Counted from the first letter of the stretch, positions 8,553 to 18,493 are shown. The stretch: DNA of 64,000 bases from Candidatus Micrarchaeota archaeon (GCA_027319905.1 DAHVMJ010000001.1:117630-181629), one strand, 5' to 3'. Numbers and translations are program-made. Notes: generated by a model not told the origin, from the letters alone.

Positions 8553-9218
8553 CTACATCACAAGAAAAACCGCGGACAGCGCCACACCCGCAAGAGAGCA
8601 AGCAAAGTTTGATGTGTACTTGTTCCCTATGCCTTCTTCTTCGTAGTATCCGAGAATCGAGTCGACGATAGATCCGAAGAATCCGCAGAGAGTCAGCACA
8701 CCAACAAGCGCCATCGAACCGCTTACGTAGAGAGCACTGCTGCTTATGATCAAGGCTCCGAGCAGGCTCGCTCCTAGGCCGAGCAGTGTCACGCCACCTG
8801 ATACGCCCTTCTTCACCTTTTTCAACGTCATCAGCATTGTCGGTTCATTGTCAAGAACTCCAATCTCGCTTGAGAACTTGTCTGCCGTCACAGCTGCTAC
8901 ACTGGCTATGTAAGCGACCGCTATGAGCGAGGGGGCTACAGGGGAACCAAGCAGCCCATTCGCATAAAAAATGGCAGACACAGCAACGGGAACCATGCCG
9001 TTCGATACGACATTCTTCCAGCCACGCGCATGTTCGTACGTTCCTATGCCTTCCTTCTTCTTTCTGCCCACTTCGGTGACTATGGCCGAGAGAGCCAGGA
9101 AGCCGATTATGTCTACTAGGAAGAACAGCCCGTAGTTCTGCCCGAAAAAGAGTATCGCTATGCCGAAGAGAACGGCAAGCACAACACCCTTCTCGTCCAG
9201 CGTAAACAAGTTCGCCAT
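8553..9218 (-). CDS. DUF92/TMEM19-family membrane protein
   Basis: RGWKNVVSNG, ADKFSSEIG, GVSGGVTLLG, DSILG motifs; ATG at 9218 preferred. Confidence 0.88.
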   Translation of the reverse strand: MANLFTLDEKGVVLAVLFGIAILFFGQNYGLFFLVDIIGFLALSAIVTEVGRKKKEGIGTYEHARGWKNVVSNGMVPVAVSAIFYANGLLGSPVAPSLIAVAYIASVAAVTADKFSSEIGVLDNEPTMLMTLKKVKKGVSGGVTLLGLGASLLGALIISSSALYVSGSMALVGVLTLCGFFGSIVDSILGYYEEEGIGNKYTSNFACSLAGVALSAVFLVM

Positions 9219-9339
9219 TATTTCATCTTTTTGAAAACTTCCACTAGTTCGATACGTTTTTAAACCTAAAGAGAGCATATGCCTTTAGGTTCTCGTACCA
9301 ATCCTCTACTGTGGGGAAAAGTATGAAACTGGTCGCCTT

Positions 9340-9374
9340 GCCAGCGCATGTGAACCATGTGCTGGCCTTTTTTT
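9340..9374 (+). terminator. 11-bp hairpin followed by a T7 run (terminator-like; 3' end of a candidate sRNA)
   Basis: GCCAGCGCATG-TGAAC-CATGTGCTGGC-C-TTTTTTT. Confidence 0.6.
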
Positions 9375-9455
9375 AATCGGCCCATCAGCGTTACTGATGT
9401 GCCAATTCTTATAAATACAGCATAGAATAAGCCTAGTGGTCGTGCCGAGACAGAG

Positions 9456-10328
9456 ATGATGAAAAACAGGAAAGAGATATCGTCGCTGCTGCTCTTCTCG
9501 CTTTTCATAGGTGTCAGTTATCCCGCTGCCGCAGTAGCAACAGAGAGTACCAATCCCTTCTTTGTCGTGGCCGTCATGTACCTCATCGGCCTGCTAGTGG
9601 CGCTGGTCATTGGGCGAAGATTCACATTCAGAAAGGCAGACGTGCTACCCAGCGTTGCGTTCGCGATAGCGACATTTCTGCTGCTTGCTTCGCTCTACAA
9701 CTCATTGCTCTTCATTCCCGGCCCGCTTGCGTCCTTCCTCAACCAGCTGGGATTCCTCGTGGCCGCTTTTCTTGAATGGGCGTTCTTCGGGCAGAAGATA
9801 GGCAGGGGCATGCTCACCGCATTCGTCGTGGCTGCCGCAGGGCTCATCATAATCCTGTTCAGCAACGGTATCTCTCTTGAAGCCAACCCAGGATTCCTGC
9901 TCGGTGTCGCGCTCGGCGTCGCTGGGGCTGTAGCCCTCGGCGTGCAGTACATAGTGGGGTCGAGATTTTCAAACAGAGTAAACCCAATGGTGTCTACTTT
10001 GTACTCTTGCGTGATCATATCAACCGCGTCCTTCATGATGTTTAGACTCCAGGCCCCTTCTGCACCCGTATCCATACCACTGCAGGCCCTTCCGTACGTG
10101 CTTTACCTCGGCATCTTCGCCAGTAGCCTTTCGAGATATCTACAGTTCTATGGCCAGAGGAAGATATCTGCCACAATGACAGGAGTCATCTTTCTCTCCA
10201 TACCTGTCGTCTCTCTCCTATCTGGCTTGTTCTTCAACCAAACACTCAACGCGCTCCAGATGGTAGGGTCGTTGCTTCTTCTCTTCGCGGTGGTAGTCGT
10301 GGTGAGAGAACAGAGGCACAGAAGATAA
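9456..10328 (+). CDS. DMT/EamA-family transporter
   Basis: 290 aa, about 10 TM segments, two-repeat EamA pattern (LYLGIFASSLSRYLQ..G). Confidence 0.85.
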   Translation: MMKNRKEISSLLLFSLFIGVSYPAAAVATESTNPFFVVAVMYLIGLLVALVIGRRFTFRKADVLPSVAFAIATFLLLASLYNSLLFIPGPLASFLNQLGFLVAAFLEWAFFGQKIGRGMLTAFVVAAAGLIIILFSNGISLEANPGFLLGVALGVAGAVALGVQYIVGSRFSNRVNPMVSTLYSCVIISTASFMMFRLQAPSAPVSIPLQALPYVLYLGIFASSLSRYLQFYGQRKISATMTGVIFLSIPVVSLLSGLFFNQTLNALQMVGSLLLLFAVVVVVREQRHRR

Positions 10329-10374
10329 TAAAAGGCTTAATCGGCTAATACTATTGCTTATTCAAGGGGCTGTT

Positions 10375-11325
10375 TTGGCAAAGGACAAGGGCGTTCACGA
10401 ACTCGAGGATCTACCGGGCATAGGCCCTGCCGCAGCCGCAAAACTCAAAACCGCTGGCATAGACAACATAGAGAAGGTGGCGGCTTCTTCGCCATACGAA
10501 CTCTCCGAAATGATAGGCATAAGCGCCGAGAATGCGAAGAAGGCAATAGAGGCGGCGAGGGATGCTACAACAATAGAAGTCCAGACCGGCAGCGCCGTGC
10601 TGGAGAAGAGGGAGGCGATAGGCAGGATAAGCACAGGCTCCAAGGGCCTCGACGAACTCCTAGGCGGCGGCGTCGAGACAAACGGCATCACGGAGATGTA
10701 CGGAAGGTTCGCAAGCGGCAAGACCCAGCTAGGGTTCCAGCTTTGTGTCAACGCGCAACTGCCTGCCGGCAAGGGGGGGCTCGCCGGCACAGTGCTCTTC
10801 ATAGACACAGAGGGCACTTTTAGACCCGAAAGGATAGAGACCATAGCCAAAGCGCAGGGCATGAACTCAAAGGAAGTGCTTGGCAATATCTTCGTCACAC
10901 GCGCGACCAGCACCGACCAACAGATACTAACCGCTGAACGCGCGGACAAACTTGTCAGGGACAAGAACGTTAAGCTGATAGTTGTGGACTCGATGATGAG
11001 CCTCTTCAGATCCGAGTTCATAGGAAGAGGCGCACTAAACGAGAGGCAGCAGAAGCTCAACGCGCACATACACAAGCTGCAGAGGCTTTCCGATGAATAC
11101 TTCCTTGCGGTGTATATGACCAATCAGGTAATGGACAACCCGGCCATACTTTTCGGCGACCCTACACAACCAGTTGGAGGCAACATAGTGGCGCACGCGG
11201 CCACCACGCGGCTCTACGTTAGGAAGAGCAAGGAGGAGAAGAGGATAATCAGACTTGTGGACTCGCCAAACATGCCAGAAGGCGAGACCGTGATAAAGAT
11301 AACCCCCGACGGAATAAGGGACTGA
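10375..11325 (+). CDS. radA: DNA repair and recombination protein RadA
   Basis: N-terminal HhH LEDLPGIG, GRFASGKTQ, FIDTEGTFRPER, ERQQKLN. Confidence 0.97.
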   Translation: MAKDKGVHELEDLPGIGPAAAAKLKTAGIDNIEKVAASSPYELSEMIGISAENAKKAIEAARDATTIEVQTGSAVLEKREAIGRISTGSKGLDELLGGGVETNGITEMYGRFASGKTQLGFQLCVNAQLPAGKGGLAGTVLFIDTEGTFRPERIETIAKAQGMNSKEVLGNIFVTRATSTDQQILTAERADKLVRDKNVKLIVVDSMMSLFRSEFIGRGALNERQQKLNAHIHKLQRLSDEYFLAVYMTNQVMDNPAILFGDPTQPVGGNIVAHAATTRLYVRKSKEEKRIIRLVDSPNMPEGETVIKITPDGIRD

Positions 11326-11330
11326 AACCA

Positions 11331-11999
11331 ATGGGAACCCTCGTTCTGAACTTCAAAAGCCATCAGGAAGTCCTCGGAGACGGAGCTGTTAAACTCGCTC
11401 GCATAGCCGAGAGCGTCAGCCACATGACAAACACTGATATCATACTTGCACCTCCCGCGCCCTTCCTCGCACTTGTAGCATCCAAAACATCGTGCAAGGT
11501 ATACGCGCAGAGCATAGACCAAAAGCCATCTTCCCGCGTCGGACGAAATATTACGGCCCAGATGGCTGCGGCAGCAGGGGCGCGAGGGGCAATGCTAAAC
11601 CATAGCGACTTTCGCATTCATGCGCGCCTGATCGAGAGCGCAGCGCTTGAAGTCAGGAACGCAGGGCTCGAACTCCTCCTGTGTTCCGAAACGACGCAGG
11701 AAGCCGGTAGGCTTGCGAAGGCCAGGCCTACTTACTTAGTGATAGAAGACAAGCAGCTCATAGGGTCCGGGGTTTCCATAACCTCCGCCAACCCAAACCT
11801 CATATCAGATTCGCTAAAAGCAGCCCGCGCCGCAGGTTTCAAAGGCCGTTTCCTAAGCGGCGCAGGAATAAGAGAGGCAAAAGACGTTGAGACCGCCATT
11901 TCTCTTGGTGCCGATGGGGTACTGGTGTCAAGCGCAGTGATAAAAAGCGCCGATTGGAGAGCCAAGCTGCTCGAGCTCTCCAGGCCTCTTGGTGGGTAA
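11331..11999 (+). CDS. tpiA: Triosephosphate isomerase, archaeal type (divergent)
   Basis: LNFK, LNHSD, LIGSG, GAGI, GADGVLVSS. Confidence 0.85.
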   Translation: MGTLVLNFKSHQEVLGDGAVKLARIAESVSHMTNTDIILAPPAPFLALVASKTSCKVYAQSIDQKPSSRVGRNITAQMAAAAGARGAMLNHSDFRIHARLIESAALEVRNAGLELLLCSETTQEAGRLAKARPTYLVIEDKQLIGSGVSITSANPNLISDSLKAARAAGFKGRFLSGAGIREAKDVETAISLGADGVLVSSAVIKSADWRAKLLELSRPLGG

Positions 12000-12776
12000 G
12001 TGCTGCTGCTTATTGGTTTGGGGCTTGGAACCAAGGATCTTTCGGTTCTCGCGCTTGACGAAATAAGGAAAGCAGATGAGCTCCTGATCGAAACGTACAC
12101 CGCCCCCCTGCCAATCGACTACATAGAGTTCATAGAGAAACAAGCAGGCAAGAAGCCTACGCCTTTGAAAAGGAAGGACCTGGAAGAAGACCTGAACGGA
12201 ACAGTAGCGCGCGCGAAAGACAAGAACGTTGTGGTGCTCGTACCAGGCGACCCTCTTATAGCCACGACACACAGCATCATACTCAACGAAGCAAAAAAGC
12301 AAGGGGTGAAGTGCCGTGTGATACATGCACCATCTGTGTTCTCTATGGCAATAGGTGAGAGTGGCCTCGACGTTTATAAGTTCGGACCGACGGTGACCCT
12401 TCCATTCTGGTCCGAGAGGTATAAACCCAGATCCTTCCTCGATTCTATAGGTAAGAATCTGGGCAACGGGCAGCACACGCTGGTTCTGCTAGACATAGAT
12501 CAAAAAAGCGGAAGCCCCATGAAGATAACCGAAGCAAAACGGATTCTTGAGGACGCCATGGCGAACTCACAAGGGCCTCCCATCACCGGCGAGAGCGAGA
12601 TCATAGTGATGGCCAACCTCGGGAGGGGCGATGAGGCAATAAGAAAATCCAGTGTTCGCGACCTGGGAGAACTTTCGAAAACTCTTGAGGGAAAGGTGCT
12701 TTCTCTGATTGTTCCAGGCCCGCTCAGTTTTGCCGAGAAGGAAAATCTCAAGCGCGCGGTAGACTCTACCTCCTGA
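12000..12776 (+). CDS. dph5: Diphthine synthase
   Basis: IGLGLG, GDPLIATTH, GLDVYKFG, HTLVLLDI. Confidence 0.95.
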   Translation: MLLLIGLGLGTKDLSVLALDEIRKADELLIETYTAPLPIDYIEFIEKQAGKKPTPLKRKDLEEDLNGTVARAKDKNVVVLVPGDPLIATTHSIILNEAKKQGVKCRVIHAPSVFSMAIGESGLDVYKFGPTVTLPFWSERYKPRSFLDSIGKNLGNGQHTLVLLDIDQKSGSPMKITEAKRILEDAMANSQGPPITGESEIIVMANLGRGDEAIRKSSVRDLGELSKTLEGKVLSLIVPGPLSFAEKENLKRAVDSTS

Positions 12777-13764
12777 TCTTCCAGTATCTCATCGTGTACA
12801 CCAAGAAGACAGTACTCACTCCTTCGGTGAACCACATGCTCGCGATCCTGAAGAAGATGACTATCGCCGCTGCAATCCCGAAGGTTATTCCTGCGGCCCC
12901 AAAGAACGCAACGAGATAACCAAGCAGCACGGCATCCGTCACGCCCAGCGTTCCCGGGATCCCGGTTACCATCCCGATGAGCAAAGACGAGGTGTATATG
13001 AAGAGTACCGTCGGAAGGAGCTCTGGCGCAATTCCGATGCCAAAGCTGAGTATCACAAAATATAGTGCAAGACTGCTAAGTATGACCGCCGGTATTGTAA
13101 AGAGCATCGCATATGCGTATGTACCGGCATCAAGCGATCTGCTGCTTTTGAAGTACAAATCAGCGACACTAAATACGCCCTTCAGCATCTTCCTTTTCTT
13201 CAGTTTTCTCTTCACCCATTCGTACGGAGGCCGCACGTATATGAAGAAGAACGGAATCAGGAGCAGCACGCTTATCACGATTGATACAAGGGCATAGGCG
13301 TGCACCAGGAAGGAGAAAAAGACCGCAACCGCGATGAACCCCAGGAAATCGGTGAGTATGTCTGCTACCACTGCCGGGAACGTCTTGCCAAACCTGACTC
13401 CTGTTATTCTGTTCAGCGTGTACGCAACCACGGCGCGCCCCCACCTTCCCGGCGTTATGTCCATGGAGAACATGGAGAGGTATATGGGGAAGTTTTTCCT
13501 CCAGTCTATTCTTATGCCGAGCTTGCGCACAAACATGCTCCATTTCGGGAACCCTACCACGCTGCTGGCCAACACACACACAAGCGCAAGCGCATAGTAG
13601 AACAGGTTTATCGAGCTCAGAGTTGCAAGGAACCTGCCCACTCCCTCGTTCAGCATGGCAAGCGCAGCAATCACCACGAACATGCCCAGGCTCAGGCCAA
13701 GGATCGTGAGCACCGCGACCCTGGCGCGTCTCATCCGCTTCCCGTAGGCATAGCCTCCAGTCAA
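12766..13764 (-). CDS. Lysylphosphatidylglycerol synthase TM-domain / AglD2-like flippase (UPF0104)
   Basis: Multi-TM protein with TPGRWG and PGTLGVTD motifs, C-terminal FRIASMW. Confidence 0.75.
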   Translation of the reverse strand: MTGGYAYGKRMRRARVAVLTILGLSLGMFVVIAALAMLNEGVGRFLATLSSINLFYYALALVCVLASSVVGFPKWSMFVRKLGIRIDWRKNFPIYLSMFSMDITPGRWGRAVVAYTLNRITGVRFGKTFPAVVADILTDFLGFIAVAVFFSFLVHAYALVSIVISVLLLIPFFFIYVRPPYEWVKRKLKKRKMLKGVFSVADLYFKSSRSLDAGTYAYAMLFTIPAVILSSLALYFVILSFGIGIAPELLPTVLFIYTSSLLIGMVTGIPGTLGVTDAVLLGYLVAFFGAAGITFGIAAAIVIFFRIASMWFTEGVSTVFLVYTMRYWKIRR

Positions 13765-13832
13765 TTCGTCGCCGCTACTCCAAACATCCTAGAAGTTTAT
13801 ATGTGCTTTGCTAGCGATATACTCCTGACGCT

Positions 13833-14987
13833 ATGCTGCAACTCGGCATTACGGGCAGGGACAGGATTGTGGCCTCGGGCCCGTCCACGAACGACATCCT
13901 GAGACGCGGCTCTTACGGCGAGCCGAGCCCTGATGGCCTTAGGCTCTCCACCGAAGAGGCGTTATATTTGATTGACATGAGGCACGCTGTCTTGGTCAGC
14001 GGGAAAAAAGAGATAGGATTTTCGGCTCTCGCGTCAAGGTTCTCCAAAGCAAACAAGTTTATGGCACGGTATTTCACGTACAAGGACTGGAGAGACCGGG
14101 GGCTCACAGCAATACCCGCAAACCGCGGTAACGAGAAGTCGCATCCGCTCCGGCCCAAGAGCTATCCCGCGGCCGCATTTAAACTTCCAAAGCAGAAGCT
14201 GCGCGGCGTCTTCTTCCACAATGATCTTGTTACAGTACTGGATGACGCTGAGAAAGGGAGGCAGTTGTACGAGAGATTCTGGCTTGGACAGTACGGCTCT
14301 TACAAGGCAGCAGACAGAGGCAGCCTGAGCAAGCTGGATGTGTTTGAGACGTTGCTGCTTATTGACTCCGGCACGCTCTCGCTTGAGAACTCAACAAGAG
14401 AGCCGCTGGTGAAACAGGCAACTGAGCGCCGTGCCGATTTTCTTGGCCTTTATGAGGTATACAAGGACTGGAGGGAGAAGGGATACGTGATCAAGACGGG
14501 GTTCAAGTTCGGCACCCATTTCCGCGTCTATTTCCCCGGCGCCAGGCCAATGGAAACTGGCGGAGTTCAGACACACTCCAAGCACGTAATCCAGGTGTTC
14601 CCGAAGAGCTCAAAGATGCTCATATCAGAGTGGGCACGCGCAATAAGAGTGGCGCACTCTGTCAGGAAGACGCTCATTCTTGCAGTTCCAGGGAAGACGG
14701 TAGCAGGGAAAGCGGGTATAGACTTCGTGCTGTACCACAGACACGGAGGCGAAGCCGATGTTCCTGGCAGGAACCCTCCTAGCTTTGCCATGCTCTCCAT
14801 GAGCGAGGAAGAGTACATAGGGGGCCAGGAGTTCTCCAACGCAATAAACGAGGCCAAGAGGCGGGGCCTTGAGCTGCTTCTTGCCATAGCGGACAGGGAG
14901 ACGGCAGTTACATACTACAAGGTCAAGCAGATAACGCTCCCCGGGAGTACGAACGACTACTTCGAGATAGACTGGATGCAACCGTGA
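13833..14987 (+). CDS. endA: tRNA-intron endonuclease, three-unit (epsilon2-type)
   Basis: KTGFKFGTHFRVY (catalytic Tyr), HSKH, RVAHSVRK; 384-aa three-unit length; GSYKAADR loop at the position of the ARMAN-specific loop. Confidence 0.92.
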   Translation: MLQLGITGRDRIVASGPSTNDILRRGSYGEPSPDGLRLSTEEALYLIDMRHAVLVSGKKEIGFSALASRFSKANKFMARYFTYKDWRDRGLTAIPANRGNEKSHPLRPKSYPAAAFKLPKQKLRGVFFHNDLVTVLDDAEKGRQLYERFWLGQYGSYKAADRGSLSKLDVFETLLLIDSGTLSLENSTREPLVKQATERRADFLGLYEVYKDWREKGYVIKTGFKFGTHFRVYFPGARPMETGGVQTHSKHVIQVFPKSSKMLISEWARAIRVAHSVRKTLILAVPGKTVAGKAGIDFVLYHRHGGEADVPGRNPPSFAMLSMSEEEYIGGQEFSNAINEAKRRGLELLLAIADRETAVTYYKVKQITLPGSTNDYFEIDWMQP

Positions 14988-17978
14988 CTAGGGCCCCGCT
15001 TTCAGCATCAAGCTGACCTCGTGCTTCCTGCCGCCCACGTTGGCTAGTTCTTGTTCGAATTTCTCGATGCGAGGGTTGACCTTGATGTAGCCTTCGGCAA
15101 TCATCTCCTTTTGCGTAATCATTCTTGCAGCCATCTTGAGCACCCTCTTCTCTTCGCTCAGTTCAGGCTTCTCCATCGTAACCTTGGCCAAGCCGAATCC
15201 CCTCAGGCTCTGGCTTGTCGGGAAGCCTGCCAGAGTGGCAAAGTCATTTATCGGCGAAGACGATGGCCCTGTCATCGAAGCATTGTTGTCGCTTAACACC
15301 ACCTCGTACACGTGGGCGTCGGCAGCAAACCGCAGATGCGCCTCCGTGCCGATCTTGTCTCCTAACTGCGGAGGATTCACGTGCCCGGCTAGAGTTGGAT
15401 AGATGCCCATGAGCCTGATGGTCCCAATGCTGGTGTCGCCTCCAGGCAGCGCCTTTATCTCAATTACGTCAAATCTCCCCTTTTTCCCCTCAAACATCAT
15501 CTCTGCGTCCAGGGACTCGTCCCTCGTCCTCCCGACCCAAAACTTGTTTCCGTGCTGGCCCGAAGCGGCGAAGATGGCATCAACCATTTCCACGAGCGGT
15601 GTCATCATGGTCTTGAACTTGGCCTCCTGCTCCTGCGGGCTGTGTATTGGCCTTTTGTCCAACAGATAAGCTTTGTACTCGTTCGCCTCCCTTTCAAATT
15701 CCGGCGTGCCCTTTCTCAGCCCCTCTTTCAGCAGCTGCTGCTCGTACTTCTGCACATTGCTCAGGCGTATCTCGTCGTTAAGCTCATTAGTTATGTCATG
15801 GTGCCCAGGCTCTCCATTGTCCCCTCCAAGGAATATGTACAACGGTGTATCTGGTACAGCCCTGTCCTTCAACCAGCCAACAAGGCCATTCACCAAACTT
15901 TCTGTCGGGAGACCCCTCCCGCTGGTTCCAACGTGGAGATCGTTTAAGAACAGAACCATGAATTCATTTGCGCTGCCCTGTATCACCCCTGGTGTCACGT
16001 GCTCCTCGCACCACTGGGCCATCTTCTTCAATCCGTTGTTGAGCCCGTGCAGTTTCCCTGACTCTATCGCGGCGGCGAGTTTGTTGATGCCCGCTCTGTC
16101 CTTGGTGTCCACGCCGTTGTAAACGAGCAGCTTTCCGAGGAGTTCATCGTTCAACTCGCTTGGCAGTTTGTGCATGAGCTGAAGCATGTCTTTGTTGTCT
16201 ACTGCGCTTCTTGCCGTCTCATTTGGCGTAAACTTTCTGAGCCTCTCTGCAAAGAGCTTAGCCTGCGCATCCTTCCTCTTGTTTGCCTGGTTCTCAAGGT
16301 AGTACGACGAAAGGAAGGTTTGAGTGGCCTGGAGGTCGTCGAACTGTATCTCGAAGAACCCTGAACTGGCGTGCCTCCTTGCAAACATCTCAGTTACGTT
16401 TGTCTTTATTTTCTTGTTCCACGCCTCGCCGAGCCTGCCAACATCAAACACCGGCGGCGCCCTTATCTGGTAGACGAAATGGGGGCTGCGGTCTGCGACT
16501 GGTTCCGCTGTGACGGTTCCCTGGGCGGAGTGCCCCATTATTACAAATCTCAGCTCCCCAGGCGTTGCCTTGTTCAACTTCATCCTCGTGAGCCTTGTCA
16601 GCTCCTCCTTGTTGTTCGCTTTGTAGTTCGCGGACGTGTTGGTGGGGTTGTCAGAGAGTCTTATCACCGCATTGCCGATAGCGAGCTCGTTGATGTTTTC
16701 TTCCATTATGTCTATCGGCATTCTCCTTCCGAATGCATTCCTTAGGTGCGTAAGTACCTCTGCCCTTGCTATCTCCCATGCAAGATCCTCAAGGGAGTGG
16801 CTGCCCCAGTAGTTACGCGTGTACCTCTCCCCCTTTTCGAGATAGTTATGTATTACTTCGTCAGCCTGCTTCTTGCTTCTCTCGATCTCAGAATAGCCGT
16901 ACTTCTTGATCGCGTTTGTCAGCACCCTCGCCTGTTTGGTCAGCGCCTTATACCTTTCCAGCTTCTTCTCAATATCCAGTTTCGCTTCAGGGCGCATCTC
17001 ATTTCCATCGGCATTTTTTCTCTTTTTCAAGGACGGATTGACGTGCAGCCGTTCCTGCGCACGCATCACCTTCGCCTTTTCTTCTTGCAGTGCCGTCTCG
17101 ATTTTCGCCCTTCCTTCCACCCCGATGGCACCTGAAACACGCTTCAGGAAGTTCTCGTCGTAAATGTTAGTTCCGAAGACCTTGGCCATGGCTGCAAGTT
17201 CCATGTCTTTATGTTCCCAGAACCATAGCGCCTCTATGGCATTGTATAGCTTGGTGGTCTGCTTGTAGTCGTCAGCCTCTTCCTTGTTCTGCCTGATTTT
17301 TTCTGTCAGCTTCCGTAGGCTTCGTTCCAAATCATTCCTCTGCGTAGCTTCCAGAAGTGGATTTTCGAGTTCCTTCTTCGCCGTCATCTCGGACTCTTGG
17401 CAGTCCCTTATCGTCGCCTCGTTCTCCGCAATCTTGCTCTCGTAGCGGTTTCTTATCTCCTGCATGCCCGCAGGCCAGTACCTGTATACACCGACCACCC
17501 TGTCGTATATCCTTTTCTTGTTCTCGTGATCATTGACGTCAATAACATAGCTTATCTGTGTGTCCGGACTCTTTTCGTGTATCTGGCCCATCATCCTGCT
17601 GAGGTCGGATTTAATCGCAATTACTGCTTCGTCCAGGGAGCTTACCTGGCTCATTACGGCGCGCATTATGTCCAGCCCGCCCTTGGATATGAACGCAGGC
17701 AGTTTCGGAAGTACGCCGCCACCCACGAAGGCTATAAGGTTCGGGGCCTTTCCGGCCTCAATCTGCTCGGAGAGCTCAACGTCCATTCCCAGCATGTTAG
17801 CGTGACTAAAGTAAACTGTGCCTCCGCCTAGGTTTCCGACAACCCACATCTTCTTGAGATCGCCGAAAGATGTAGAATTAGGTTTCTTCAGTGTCGACTC
17901 CAGTTCTTCGAAGAGGGCAGCTTTTTGTCTCTCTGTTGGGCTGTCAGTTCCGGCAGAATCCGCCTGCTCACCAACCAA
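14988..17978 (-). CDS. Large hypothetical protein with coiled coil and C-terminal calcineurin-like metallophosphoesterase domain
   Basis: 996 aa; NDLHVG, LGGDNGE, ASGQHG, AGH, ADAH motifs; heptad-rich segment at about aa 170-380. Confidence 0.7.
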   Translation of the reverse strand: MVGEQADSAGTDSPTERQKAALFEELESTLKKPNSTSFGDLKKMWVVGNLGGGTVYFSHANMLGMDVELSEQIEAGKAPNLIAFVGGGVLPKLPAFISKGGLDIMRAVMSQVSSLDEAVIAIKSDLSRMMGQIHEKSPDTQISYVIDVNDHENKKRIYDRVVGVYRYWPAGMQEIRNRYESKIAENEATIRDCQESEMTAKKELENPLLEATQRNDLERSLRKLTEKIRQNKEEADDYKQTTKLYNAIEALWFWEHKDMELAAMAKVFGTNIYDENFLKRVSGAIGVEGRAKIETALQEEKAKVMRAQERLHVNPSLKKRKNADGNEMRPEAKLDIEKKLERYKALTKQARVLTNAIKKYGYSEIERSKKQADEVIHNYLEKGERYTRNYWGSHSLEDLAWEIARAEVLTHLRNAFGRRMPIDIMEENINELAIGNAVIRLSDNPTNTSANYKANNKEELTRLTRMKLNKATPGELRFVIMGHSAQGTVTAEPVADRSPHFVYQIRAPPVFDVGRLGEAWNKKIKTNVTEMFARRHASSGFFEIQFDDLQATQTFLSSYYLENQANKRKDAQAKLFAERLRKFTPNETARSAVDNKDMLQLMHKLPSELNDELLGKLLVYNGVDTKDRAGINKLAAAIESGKLHGLNNGLKKMAQWCEEHVTPGVIQGSANEFMVLFLNDLHVGTSGRGLPTESLVNGLVGWLKDRAVPDTPLYIFLGGDNGEPGHHDITNELNDEIRLSNVQKYEQQLLKEGLRKGTPEFEREANEYKAYLLDKRPIHSPQEQEAKFKTMMTPLVEMVDAIFAASGQHGNKFWVGRTRDESLDAEMMFEGKKGRFDVIEIKALPGGDTSIGTIRLMGIYPTLAGHVNPPQLGDKIGTEAHLRFAADAHVYEVVLSDNNASMTGPSSSPINDFATLAGFPTSQSLRGFGLAKVTMEKPELSEEKRVLKMAARMITQKEMIAEGYIKVNPRIEKFEQELANVGGRKHEVSLMLKAGP

Positions 17979-18201
17979 TCAATCTCTCCCCAGATAACCT
18001 AAGTCTAAAAGACAGCGCAAGTTTATAAAGCGTCTTTTTGAGAATCTTTCTTGTGATAAACAAAAATAGTATTTTGTATACGTCAAAAGAGCAAATTCTG
18101 CATTCTCGCTTAACATCTCGAGGTTGGGATTCGACGTTCCACTATTCTAGAAAACTTATAAATGTATTAGTAGAGTATAGTAGTGGCGACAAGGCGAGAA
18201 A

Positions 18202-18480
18202 ATGAAGCTTTCTGAGATTTACAGGATGGACATATACAGCGATTCGGGTCAGTATCTTGGCGAAGTACAGGACATAATAGTAGACCTCGAGAAGGGCGAG
18301 GTGAGCCGGCTTCTCATGATACCCATGAAGGGAATGAAGGGCGACATGAGGAGAACGCTAATGCAGAAGAGTGTCCTCTACAAGAGCGTGAAGAACATAG
18401 GCGATGTGGTTCTTGTGGCAGCTCCTTCAGTTGGCGGACAGGAAACTTCAAAAGAGGAGGTAAACGACCTCTCAAGATAG
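18202..18480 (+). CDS. PRC-barrel domain protein
   Basis: IYSDSGQYLGEVQDIIVD...VKNIGDVVLV. Confidence 0.9.
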   Translation: MKLSEIYRMDIYSDSGQYLGEVQDIIVDLEKGEVSRLLMIPMKGMKGDMRRTLMQKSVLYKSVKNIGDVVLVAAPSVGGQETSKEEVNDLSR

Positions 18481-18493
18481 CAGCCACGCACTT

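Noticed and set aside
9285..9330. PreQ1-I riboswitch or RNase P RNA fragment
   Set aside because: Only superficial similarity (AGGTTCT...CCTCTA; GGGGAAAAGT). The P1 stem would be too short and the region is too small for RNase P RNA; kept only as an unassigned ncRNA candidate.
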